64,000 nt of DNA from Lingula anatina (taxonomy: Eukaryota > Animalia > Brachiopoda): positions 17,426,848 to 17,490,847 of the forward strand of contig CM120643.1 in assembly GCA_051362555.1 (NCBI GenBank). The letters are read 5' to 3'. A program made the position numbers and the translations under genes. Every line of letters begins with the position of its first letter. Position 1 is the stretch's first letter. The notes below the pieces were generated by a model. That model saw nothing but the letters and a program-made list of their open reading frames with translations, did no database searches and was not told the origin of the DNA. Below are positions 50,301-61,700 of the stretch, one piece after another.

Positions 50301-53300
50301 CTCTACCCACCAAGAACAAGATCACAATTTTCAACATCATTATTGAAGTGACAAAAGAATATAAACAGTTACAGGCTGCATCTAGGTTAATTAATTTACC
50401 AACACCAAGTCCACCCCTCCCATTCTTGTCCATAATGTGACCACTGGTCAAGAATACTGGTCAAATTTCACAGGGGTCCTACTTGGTGCAAATTAAAATC
50501 TCTGGCGGGCTGAGGGTTATGCAACTTCTTGCTGCCCTAAAGTCTCTAGGCAGTTGTAAACATGGCGACTAATGTGCAATGAATTTGTAATGAAAAAGCA
50601 CTTCAGTCCTGAAGAGTGAAAGACAAGGGAAGTTCTAAAGGATGTAATTGGCCAGTTTACACAAAGTGTTTCATACAAAGATACAGGAAGAATCAAACCA
50701 TCTTCAGGTATCATTAAGATTTGCTTTTGCATTTACCTTCCCTTCTTTGCTTTTGCATTTACCTTCCCTTCCCCCATTTTTTACAAATTTTTTATTGGTC
50801 TCAATTAATTTGGTATTATATATGCATAAATCAGTTTGTTTCCTTATGACTGACATGTTTAAAAAGGTAATAACTATATTTTATTTATATCTATTTCAGT
50901 AAAAACATTGACCAGAACAACTGAGGCAGATAATATCCAATCCTATAATATGAACTGATAAAATGGTATCAAAATATATCAAAAGTCTCTCCTGAAATTA
51001 TTAAAATACAACCTTTTCACCAAATAAACTTTTTTACAAAGGAGGGAATCTCTTCACAGTGGGATCAGCCGGGGAGTTCTTTTTATCTATTTAATAAGCT
51101 TCAGCTATGAGATCAGTTAATGAAGCCTACAAAGACCTAGATTGTTTTTCTTTACTCCTTCTCTTCGTTTTATCTGAAGCTTTGACGCCTTCTTGGCACA
51201 AAAGTGAGCTTTTGTTCCCTCTGCTATGCCTTGACTGACAGTGAATCTAGTAAGATGTTTGGTGCTTGTAAGTCATCAAATGTGTTTATGACACGAGGGC
51301 GACATAACATCTCCAATTTCTTCTCATTAAAACTTGATCCCTCCACTTTTTCTGTCAGTCCTGACATGGAAGTCTGGAGTCTGAACATTGCTAGATGATG
51401 AGACTGCTTCACTTTCACTCCAGCAGGAAAAAAAAGTTACAGAATTGAATATGAAATTACACAGTTTATCCAAAACACATTTTACATTATGGAAAATAAC
51501 CGCTATAGGAAGCAATTCTCTTTTCTTTTGTATTTTAAGGAAATTACTCCACACCATCCATACAATGTATCTTTTTCAAACTGTTCAATTACAAATAACC
51601 AGCTTAGAATCAATATTTTTATTTGAGTAAGTTTTGATAATTGATATCAAAGATAACTGCAACAATCCTATTAACCTTGGTTCTAAGAGATTTTTTTCAT
51701 GATAATTAAAAAATCTCTACAAATAGCATAGGTACTTAATTTCGAAGTCAGCTTAAAGGACATTACACACAGTATAGCTTAAGATCAAAGCCACAGGAAA
51801 TGTGGCAACTTTATATGGTTTAATATCAAACCATTGGGCTACATACCGAAACTTGCAACTATCTACTAGTTTTCAGTTGAGAGAGTTGATAGTGAGAGAG
51901 ACAGACTGTAAAACAGGGTGCTGAATAGATGATTCACAACTAGGTTATGAACCTCAGGGTGATCTTCATGTAAATTACAGCATGTACCCGTAATATACTA
52001 CCCCCCCCCCTTCCAAGTGGTGTTTATTTATGTTACATCTGGGTGATCATTATGATATATTATGTTACATCATATAGAAATGGCCAGTATCCTGTCACCC
52101 CCACCTCCCACTGGGCAAGCTTCTTAAGGTCATGAACCTCAGGGTGTTCATTATGTTATATTAGGTTATATCACAAAGATATAGCCAGAATCCTGTGCCC
52201 CTATGCCGCCCCCACCTCCAACAGGGCAGGTTTATTTGAATGCGCCCTATGCATTCCTCTAGTGTTCTCCACCATGCTGGTGCATTCTATAAAACCCAGT
52301 GAAGTCCTTTGATCTTAATGCTATCAACTCTGCCTCTCTTTCTCTCTCAGACTGCCCAGGCCTTCGCATTAATCTTAACTGGCTATTAAAGGAACCTCCC
52401 TCTGCAACTTTTCTCCACACTAGAGATGGAGAAATTGGCAAATTATTTTAGCTATTATCTCCTTCTGAATCTTTTCTCTTCTTAGAGGACTGAAATAGGC
52501 ACACCACATTCCAACTCTTTCTTTTAAAACACATCCAAATAGGCAAATACCTAGGTGTACCAATTTGCTGTCAACCCCCCCCCCAAAACACACACACACA
52601 CACACACACACACTCAGAAAAACACACCTGATCTTAACCCATTTAATTGATGCAGTAATTAACCCTACACATCATTTTCTTACCAAGCTGATATATTTGT
52701 CCCATAAAAAACTCTTGGCTATAGGCCCATCCCAAATTGATCAAAGCAAGGATATACCCCCCCCCCCCCCCCCCCGAAAACCTTAACGGTGAGGCCACTG
52801 TTCTCATCTTCAAAAACACCCTCAAATCTTTCCCATTCTCTCATCTTCATCATCTGAAGTATCGGATACTCATATTCTCATTCCTTTTTCAACCGAAAGC
52901 TATTTTAATCAACCAGTTATGCAAATGCAGGTCATCACAGAGAGATGCAAGTGGAGTGAGTGTAATATCAGAATGGAGAAGTGACTAGGCTATTAGACCT
53001 TAATATGGTAACCCAGGGAGCATGTTCCAGTGGCTAGAACTAAAATGTGGGACCTGGTCGAAAGGACCCTTCCCATATTAGAGTCCAACAGCTGGCAGTG
53101 ATAACCACAAGAGTTCATAAAATATACAAAACCATGTTCCCTCCTTGGAGCAGCTGCTTTTCCATTCAAGACGGCTCTTTCAAGAATGAGAACTAATTTC
53201 CAACAGAAGGCTCAGTGTGGAAAACTCATTCCCAACTCTCACTGGGTGCGAACATCAAAGGCACTTGCGAAATGGTAACAGTTAACCTAGTATGTTCCTT

Positions 53301-54638
53301 TTAAGCTGAGAGGTGCTTTTAAGACCACTCAGAATTGAGAAGTGCTGTTTCTTTCTCGACTTGTTTTTTACTCCCAGCATTTACTTACCGAAGCTCTGTC
53401 TAAGTTGTATGCAGCGAGGTTATATCCAGTTGACGTTGTAACTTGTCGCTGCCATAACTGTTCCTCTAGAGCTTTGTTTACAGGTGAAGGCAAACTGGCG
53501 TTAACAATGAAATATTCCCCTGAAGAGGAAAAAGGAACGGATTACATGAACTTTACTTAGACGTATATTATCACCTTATAAAAAAAGATTGATGGGTTTG
53601 TTTGGACCTCAATGCTCATATAGCACAACTTTTTATCCGTCTTATGTAAAACAGTTCAACTGACTCATCCACATAATTCTATATATTCGTTTAATTATAT
53701 CAGGAAGAATTTCATCCAAACAGAGAGTATAGCTTTACTACATCTCTTATACAGTAAGTGTAATACATTGATATAACCTTTAGAAAGCAGAAACAACTGA
53801 AACAATGAAATGTCAACATAAGGTCCAGGTTAAAATAACAACAAACAGGTGCCCAATGGAAAAGTAGATCATGGTATTGTTTAGGGCAACGCCATATTAA
53901 TTGATTAACCAATTACTTAAACTGAAATCTATATTTTGCCACAAATGTCAAAAGAAATGGGCTGCCTCCTTAAATAATTTCTTATCGACAACTCATTTGA
54001 AAACCCACAAATCAATGATATATGAAAGCACAGCTGAAAGGGACAACCCCTGGGTGGGGGAAATCATAATATTTACAATATTTTTATCCCTACGGTAGTA
54101 TCCCCCCCCCCCCCCCCCTCCAATCCAACACGGATATCTGTACTATCTACAAATTGCCCTCACCTCCTGCATTCATACTGACACTGGCTTAGCATATACA
54201 GCAAGCACTGATTAAAGCACCGATTATATGCCTGGACCTTTGTTGTGATAATTTGGGATAATATCTAGTCTGAGTATAGTGACCCGTTAGGGCGCTAGCC
54301 ACGATGGCTACCACACTGGCTCCGCTCTTGTTAACCCACTGACACAAGGCAATGGCGAACGAACACCTAGAAGACTTACCATGCTGTCCGTCCGGACCTT
54401 CACGGCTAATATTCCGACTAACTGTGGCTGTGAATTGTGCGTGAAACAAAGACAACGATGGCATTAGTCACTAATTCGTCAATTTTATATACAATATCGA
54501 CCTTATCTGTAATGAAAACATGGGTTGAAAGCGAAGCTGCCTGACGGCGGAATGGTCAAGTATACATAGGAAGTGTAGAGGTGGAACACACCGACAGAGG
54601 TCAACCAACTTACCATGTTTGCTTTGGAATTTGCCCAT
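20668..54638 (-). CDS. nkd: Naked cuticle homolog (Dishevelled-binding Wnt antagonist); 8 coding exons, ~657 aa
   Basis: Minus-strand exons (1974 nt, open frame): 54638-54614 (MGKFQSKH), 54427-54380 (..SREGPDG), 53519-53389 (GEYFIVNA..), 35799-35709 (..GPLK), 30519-30353 (VALPPEK..), 27448-27353 (EFECGVSVEGTDKEEWSFTLYDFDGKGKITKE, EFX domain), 22465-21837 (DLITLMKSLYDAV..LKLRLTISP), 21454-20668 (ERRNYYLDLAGI; C-terminal HEHHHHHHYHHY). All are diagnostic Nkd motifs and all junctions are GT-AG. Confidence 0.95.
22596..25245 (-). mobile_element. Helentron/HINE-like non-autonomous element with an internal ~1-kb tandem duplication (Nkd intron 6)
   Basis: One end has ACAAG, a small hairpin (gcagc-aaa-gctgt) and subterminal ATGTACAGACA (22617). 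The other end has a perfect stem-loop ATGTACAGACACA-tc-TGTGTCTGTACAT (25218-25245) preceded by a (CGACGG/CATCGG)n microsatellite. Flanks are A-rich. Blocks 23200-24200 and 24210-25240 are duplicates. Confidence 0.7.
25968..26193. mobile_element. PIF/Harbinger-like MITE family A, copy 2 (Nkd intron 6)
   Basis: TAA target-site duplication on both sides; shared core tttagatcgacctaactccctgggggttcacgctaaa..gtaatctagtgagactcccc. Confidence 0.8.
31099..31181. repeat. (TA)n microsatellite
   Basis: Read directly from the sequence, about 41 units. Confidence 0.95.
31254..34199 (-). mobile_element. Helentron/HINE-like non-autonomous element carrying 146-bp tandem arrays (Nkd intron 4)
   Basis: Minus-strand 3' end CTAGT (31254-31258) with hairpin GAGGCG-atac-CGCCTC (31268-31283). 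Subterminal inverted repeat TATTGTACCACCAGC (31288) / GCTGGTGGTACAATA (34185-34199). A stem-loop tgtaccgccagcg..cgctggtggtaca and a 9-bp GGAGCCG(G/C)N microsatellite (34087-34140) lie at the other end. Confidence 0.8.
31470..33470. repeat. 146-bp tandem repeat in two arrays of ~5 units, forming a ~1028-bp higher-order duplication
   Basis: Unit starts (ggtcaaa..) at 31471, 31615, 31761, 31907, 32053 and 32497, 32643, 32789, 32935, 33081. The ~280-bp spacer at 32160-32440 recurs at 33190-33470. Confidence 0.92.
36904..37449. mobile_element. PIF/Harbinger-like MITE with ~150-bp TIRs (Nkd intron 3)
   Basis: Perfect TTA target-site duplication; termini GAGCGCATTCTCA..TGAGAATGCGCTC; arms ~36904-37052 and ~37290-37449 are nearly perfectly complementary apart from one short indel. 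Confidence 0.88.
45671..47023. promoter_or_regulatory. Candidate Wnt-response element: cluster of TCF/LEF motifs in Nkd intron 3
   Basis: GATCAAAG motifs at ~45672, 46335, 46959 and 47016. Two have adjacent GC-rich Helper-like words (ACCGCCA 46348, GCCGCA 46969). Confidence 0.5.
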
Positions 54639-55170
54639 TCTGCAAAGTTCCCATACAACCACAATTCTCTCTCACATCTACATCCTATTCCAGGTAAATC
54701 CTAGGTAAATCCAAATCCGTGAAATCGTTGTATTTTCTTGGAGTTTCCCCTGCGTAATTGCTAGCCTTTCGCAATGGTGTGCGCTGTACTATGAAAAGAC
54801 TACAGGGGGCGGGGTAGAGTGCTCGTTCATTTCGGTTTGATTGACAGCTGGGTCAAAGGATTTAACACAAGGGGTGTTAGATTGTTTTAAACAACACGAA
54901 GCGTTCGATATTGATGGGAACGCACTTGATTCTATCTTTGCCACCGTCGTTCAATATTTCAGTTTTTATACACTATATTTTTTGCTGCATCAAAGTCAAA
55001 TTCCACTGAGCTTAATTCACTATCAAGAATAATTGCTTTACCTCTCCCCCCTTACCGGTCTTAATCAAGAGTGTCAGTGTTATACCTCCAACCTGAAGCC
55101 TATTGTTTGAGATTTCTATTATTCGCTTTTATTACCTCCTCCCATTCATGTTATTCAACCTTTAGATCAG

Positions 55171-55220
55171 GCCGCCACAATATAAATATTTCAAGCGCTT
55201 TCTAAAGAGGGCTTTTTATA
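55171..55220 (-). promoter_or_regulatory. Possible Nkd core promoter (TATA box plus Helper-like site)
   Basis: Minus-strand TATAAAAAG at 55220-55212, ~580 nt upstream of the ATG; GCCGCCA at 55171. No transcript evidence is available. Confidence 0.3.
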
Positions 55221-57746
55221 GCGTACTAAAGCCAGGGGAGCAGAGAATAAAGTTGGCGCGTAACAAAAGATCACAGGCCGGCCGACCTAGCGATACGACA
55301 ATGGCGAGCGCGAACCGTTTACCGTCCTTATTCAGTGAATGAGTCGATGGAATAAATCTGTGTGTTTTTCTTTGGATAACCATATTCTCTTATTTTCTTT
55401 AATAGACTTGAGCATTTTTTTCACCTTGCTAGCATTTTCTCAGATAAAGCATTTGGGCCATTAATCTTGAGTGTGGAACAGTAATATAAGTAAATTAATT
55501 TCAACAGTACACATATCAAAACAAGTCGTAAAAACAGGCTGTGAAAGAGTAAAGGGTTCGCAAGGAAATAAGGTTGCAGAATAAACAACGTGTAGCAAAG
55601 CGCAAGTAAACATTAACCGTCAACAAAATACCTTTATTAATCTAATACTCAGGCAATAATACTGTCTTCTTACACTTCGCCGCCTGGCACAACTTCGTGT
55701 AGTATCAGCTTTGAAGTTCTTGGGTTCAACAAAAGATGTTACATCTGCTCTGCTGTATATTGCCACTCGGGCGATAAAAGGATTCTAAGCGAATAGCAAA
55801 TTAAACTGGGCCGCGTCGAGATAAGCAAAAGGAAGAAGGCGAAAGAAAAGAACGGAAAAGTGTGCTTAAAAATGTTATCTTTGACAACTTTTGAGTTTAT
55901 TTGTTTTGCGGTTTATGATTGGATTGTCGCTTACCATGGCATGCATACAATGCGTGGCCGTGTGGACACGTGTGTTTGGCTTAATAGCAATATGTGAGTA
56001 CTGTCACTTATAAAACAAGCAGCCAAATACAAATGTGTGACAATCTAATGGCACAAAACTTAAATCATGAGGGAGGAAAGCAAATAAGTGAAACATTTTA
56101 GATTATTTTTCTTATCTTTTTTTTTTACCCTAATTCAAAAGGTAATGAAAAAAGTCCCAAGAGGCTATGGCCTAATAGCTACATGTATAATGAGCATCTA
56201 AGATCAAGCATAAGATGAATATGTTGGATCCTAGTGAGCATGTACAATATGAAAAATAGGCCTCGTATATACAAAGAATACGACTCAGTTAATCTAAAAA
56301 TAATAAAGAAAGGTGCATATATATATATATGAAAACATTTTAATAATAAGTTTATTGAGCACTAAATGATGTGAATACATTTGCAGGCTCTCTAGACTAC
56401 AATATTTACACAATATATATATATATGGATATACAATTATATATGTTTACATATGTAGTATGATATATTTTATGACCAAGATTTATATCGTGCTGGATAA
56501 TAAGACGACACATTGATCGGCGTAGAAATTCAGATCGCATCCATTTGGAAAAAGATAAATGCTCAAGAAAATTGTGGATAGATAAAAATCAATAGTAAGA
56601 ATGTTGCTTTTTCATTATTGCTCCCGGCCCTTTTTTCTTTGATTTTTGTCAGCTCCACCCTTTTCAATAAAACACCACTAATAAAACCAAAGAGTAAACG
56701 GGGTATCCATTCCAAACATCGCATCCAACACAACCGTCTTCTGCATATATACAAAGAAGTAGAAAAAAAACTTCTATGATAAATACTAGTATTCGACGTC
56801 TTACCATTGTTAGTAAGCCTTCTTATTTGGCATCGAAAACTGACGAAAGTTTGATTCTGCAAAAGATAAAAATGGCATATTTTATTATATACATGCATGT
56901 TGCGTATGTTATACCATGGAATTTAATCTCTTGCACTTCCTTGGTAATACTAATCAGCTTTGTCCAACTCATGAAATCGCTTCCTTGGCTTTGAAATTGT
57001 ACCCCCGAGCTTGAGGATTCGACGGGAATGAAAATTTCGAGATATTGGAGAACATCAATGACACAGATGTCACAGTGCACATGGCGGTGCCATAAAGAAA
57101 CCACGATGCACATGTACCTTGTCAAGCTTAATAGTCTTGATCGTATGATGACACGTGTTTGACTACTTTCTGGTATTAAAGTTAGCTCATCGAGTATTTT
57201 CGGGCCGAATCAAATTTTCCTCTAAAAAAAGGAATTTGCACCTGCACATGTATCATTGTTTGACTCATCCCTGCACTTGGATTTGATTATAATTAAATTA
57301 TCCAGTTCTAAATGACGAAGGGATTTTGAAGTTTTTAAGATTCGAAAATTTTGAAAAATGGTAGCTTTGCGGATACGTTTAAGTATAAAATAGGACTTTA
57401 AAGGCATATACAAATGCGTGTGGTATACCTGTATTTCGCCCCGTCTAACATATCTAAAGAAGTCTCGTCTTACAAGGAAATTTGATACGATTTGAAGAGA
57501 ATTTTTCTTATTGAATTTAAACTCTTCTTCTGCGTTACCCCCTTCCAACACACACACACACACACACACACGCACGCACGCACGCACAGACCCCCCCCCC
57601 CTCCCCCGAAGCGAGAAGTTTTACCAACCATTTGACCCTCTGCGCCCCCGGAAAATTGTGTTGTTTTTTGTTTTGTTAAGGCACAGCTCATTTTATTTTT
57701 ATAATTTTGTGATCAGAGAACGCACTGCTCATCATAATAGACTGAA

Positions 57747-57806
57747 GGACCATTCCCAGACCCTATCGTACTAACTGTGGATAGTTCTATCTCCGAGGGG
57801 ATTCTC
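57747..57806. mobile_element. Truncated copy of the 11514 MITE in the Nkd-OSGEP intergenic region
   Basis: gaccattcccagaccctatcgtactaactgtggatag..ggggattctc is nearly identical to the start of the 11514 element. Confidence 0.7.
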
Positions 57807-58726
57807 AACTGAAAAATCAAATTTGTATTGTACTTCGTCAGCCTATGTAAATGTTCCTATAAGTTAATTCATGTTTAACTACTCATGTTTAACGACCGTT
57901 ACAGATTTTCCATTTAAAGTTCCTTTAGCACGAAAGGTAGGACCTGCTCAGTGTTAAGTTGAAAATTCGTTTATTCAGGTAAAAAAGACAGAAAAAAAAG
58001 ACAAAATAATGGTTCCCTTTTTTTTTAGACAAACGTTGTTTCGTTATCGAGGTGATATTGGTTAGAGTCTAGAAAGATTTCACTCAATTCATATTGTAAT
58101 CTAACCAGTACATTCACAAAACATATCTTTATATTTTTGTATAGAAAAAAAAAAAAAACGGAAAGAGTTACAATATTTTGGACGAAGTAGAAATTCTGAA
58201 TGTGACAGTTGAGCTCATCTGACCTGATTGCGGTAGAGAAGATAAGGTATATCGGTTGCCTTTTTCTCCCATTTTAGCACATGTTCAACGCTTGAACACA
58301 GCTTGTCAGTGGAAGTCTGCATGTAAGTCTGCTGAACAAGTCCTTATGTAAATTTAATATCATTATTTCTGTGAAAGGACGTGAAAATTAACCCTAGACG
58401 ACAAGTAAGTATATACTAAGAAGTTTGAACATTAATTTGCGGCTTATACGTGAGTAGAAGTTGGAACTGAAATTGAGTGTAAGACTTGATTTTGCAAGAG
58501 TGTTGATATGTTGCCAAAGAAATGCATAAATCCAAAAAGATATCAGATGTGTTAGTTTTGAGTTATGTGTACAGTTTTTGTTACAGTGCATACTGTAACA
58601 AAGTGGAGTATGAACAATTAGTTTCCTGTTATTTTCAGTTATATTTTAATAATGAGTAAATAATAGAAACTTTTGGTAAAGAATTATAGAAATTTTAACT
58701 CTTACCTGTCCTAGGCTCACTCCAAA

Positions 58727-61700
58727 ATGGTGGTAGTTATAGGGTTTGAAGGAAGTGCCAACAAGATAGGAGTTGGTATTATCCAAGATGGAGTGGTCCT
58801 GTCAAATCCACGCAGGACATATATCACTCCCCCGGGACAAGGTAAGTGCTTACTTTACAGACTTCAGAACCTTCGCTGTGTTGGTAACTTCAAGTTAGGC
58901 TTCATAGACCAAATAATTAGCCTCTTGGAGTGAAACTATAACTGTAAAAAGAATACATGCCTGAACAATGCCATGGTAGAGGAATATGACTGTTAAATTG
59001 CATGATAATAATAATATTTTACAGATTTTACTTCTGATTCATGTATTGCTATATAGATGTAAATTCAAAAGAAACGTCAACTCATCCACAAATAATATCA
59101 CTAAAAGACAAAACTTTAGAAGAATGCCATCCATGGAATTTAGAATGCAAGCTATATAGATTGTACCAGACTTTGATTCTACTGTAATATGGTATGTTAT
59201 TTAGGCTTCCTTCCCCGTGATACAGCCAAGCACCACCAGGGCTGCGTACTGCAAGTGCTAAAGGAGGCCCTAGATCAGGCAAAGTTGAATCCCAATGACA
59301 TAGATGCTGTTGCATACACAAAAGGTATTCAGAAACAGTCAATTTATAGACTTTGATATAACAATTTAAACTTTTTGTGCTTTTTTCTCTCTTATGTATA
59401 TATATATATTTCAAATGAATGCCTGTCTTAAACACAGACAGGTCAAAATTCTGCTGTATTTTTTGATGGCCAAGTGATGTCTATAACCAGTCTCACTGTG
59501 TGTGCCAGAAACCCCCTCACCCAACGCCCTTTATTAATTCCTTTCCTTATAATTCTGGGCATCAAAGTCAAGGAATACACTGTCCCGTGTTCTGAACAGG
59601 CCCTATAACATTCTAAGTATTACATCTTCAAGCCTATTGATGGCTACAGTTCATGTTTTATATATATATCAGTTGTGTTCTGTTTCCAGGTCCAGGCATG
59701 GGTGCCCCCCTGGTGTCTACTGCTCTAGTGGCCAGGACTGTGGCACAGCTGTGGAACAAACCTATCATAGGAGTAAACCACTGCATTGGCCATATCCTTG
59801 ATTTATTATTATTATCATTTATAAGTTTGTGTTATTGTGAAAACATATTGGTAGTAAAAATGGACACACATGTACAGATTTATCCATGGAGTGTGTTACT
59901 TGTGTTTCATTTCAGTCTCTTTATCTCTTTTTTTTCTTAACCTTATTCACATATAGAAATGGGGCGCTTAATCACAGGTTCTGATAACCCCACTGTGTTA
60001 TATGTTAGTGGAGGAAATACTCAGGTGAGACATATTTAAAAGCTACTTATCTTTCAAAATTTTTCAGACCATAAAAAGAACAAAACCCCTCAAATAAAAA
60101 TGTTATTTCTCTTTAACATGTATAGGAAGACATGGCATTGTTAATGTTTTACCAGTCCTTTAGAAATGAATTATTATATTACCTAATAATATGAAATATG
60201 CAATCTCAGAACAGTTGGCAGGTCAAGCAATGATTCTTTAGTATGAGAAAAAAAAATGTCAAGGAAATTTTGATTTGATGGGAAAACCCTGAGGAGTGTA
60301 TAACTTTGCTTTTCTTTTTTCTAAGGTGAAAGCTTACTTTTAGAATAGGAACAGGAAAGTTTTAAGAAAAAAATATTGAAATGCCAATTTTGAAAAAAAA
60401 AAATGTTTTAAGATGAGGTACTGATTTTTTAAACAGGTAATAGCATACTCTCAGCGTAGATACAGGATATTTGGTGAGACAATAGATATAGCCGTGGGAA
60501 ACTGTTTAGATAGATTTGCAAGAGTACTGAAGGTGAGGAATGAACAGTTAAGCTCTCTCGTGGTCTAATGAAATGTTTTTAAAAAGTGGATTTTGATATA
60601 TTGATACATATAACATAATCTTTAAGTTGATATGGTTATATGACGCGAGTTATCATCCATTTGTCATTATTGTTATTATTTAACTCTAAATCTTCAAAAT
60701 AATACATGATCTATAAATGATGAGATGAAGAACTTAGCCAAAATGAAGTGTTTATGTTCTTAAATAATATCAAAAATCAGTTGTCATATTGGTTATTGAT
60801 TCTTGGTGATATATTTTTATCTCTTTTCCACTTCAGCTATCAAATGATCCAAGTCCTGGTTATAACATAGAACAGATGGCAAAAAAGTGAGTGTCTGACA
60901 TTTTTACTTTGAGAGTTAAGATTTAGAAATGGCACCAAAGCAAAGTTGGATAGACAAAAAAAGGGGGTCCAATCACAGCCTAAATCGGGTATTACGATGT
61001 AAAAAATTGAGATCCAATCATAATATTTGACTCGCTTTCAGAAAATGGGATCCAATCAGAGCCATAGTTGAGGTGACATCTCTTATTGCTTAACAATAAA
61101 GATGATTTAAAAGATAGCTAACCATTGGGCATAGGTACTGAACAATTTTTTTTTAGGATTTTAGTTTTGATCAAAAACTCCCCCTCCCCCCAAAAAAATC
61201 CTTTGGACGGCAGTTATATTTTATTTTACTTTATTTTTCAGAGGCACAAAATATTATGAGTTACCATACACAGTAAAAGGAATGGATGTCTCTTTCTCAG
61301 GACTTCTGTCATATATTGAGGTAAGTGAAGCATTTAGTGTAAAATAATGGTGAAGAACAAAAACAATGAGTTATTTTTTCTAAGTTGCACAACAAAGCAG
61401 CCAAAAAAAATTACTTTTTTTTTTTTTTTTTTTTTACATCAAAGCATTTTGGAAATTTAATGTTAGAGCAGTGAAACTGAGAGGGGCATGTTTGTTACTG
61501 TGAGTTGACTCGCATTTAATTGTGAGATTTTCTCCTCAGGAAAAATAACCTATTTTGGGTGGAAAGCCCAAACATACTTTGCAGCGTGATTGAGCTATTG
61601 TCAGGGTTCTTTAATATGAAAAAAAAAAAGGATTTTTGAAAGATTAAAAAGAAATTTCAAATTAACATAAATACATGTTCAAGGTGACCCAAATAATCTT

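Noticed and set aside
51204-51630. Overlapping short ORFs in Nkd intron 3 as an extra exon or nested gene
   Set aside because: There is no convincing splice pair in phase, the Nkd frame is complete without it, and I recognise no homology.
51940-52220. Diverged local duplication (atgaacctcagggtg..ccccacctcca)
   Set aside because: The duplication is real but short and decayed, with no termini or coding signal that suggest a function.
9983-54118. Numerous poly-C/poly-G tracts as functional G-quadruplexes
   Set aside because: Homopolymers occur on both strands, are common in such genomes and have unreliable assembled lengths; there is no positional pattern.
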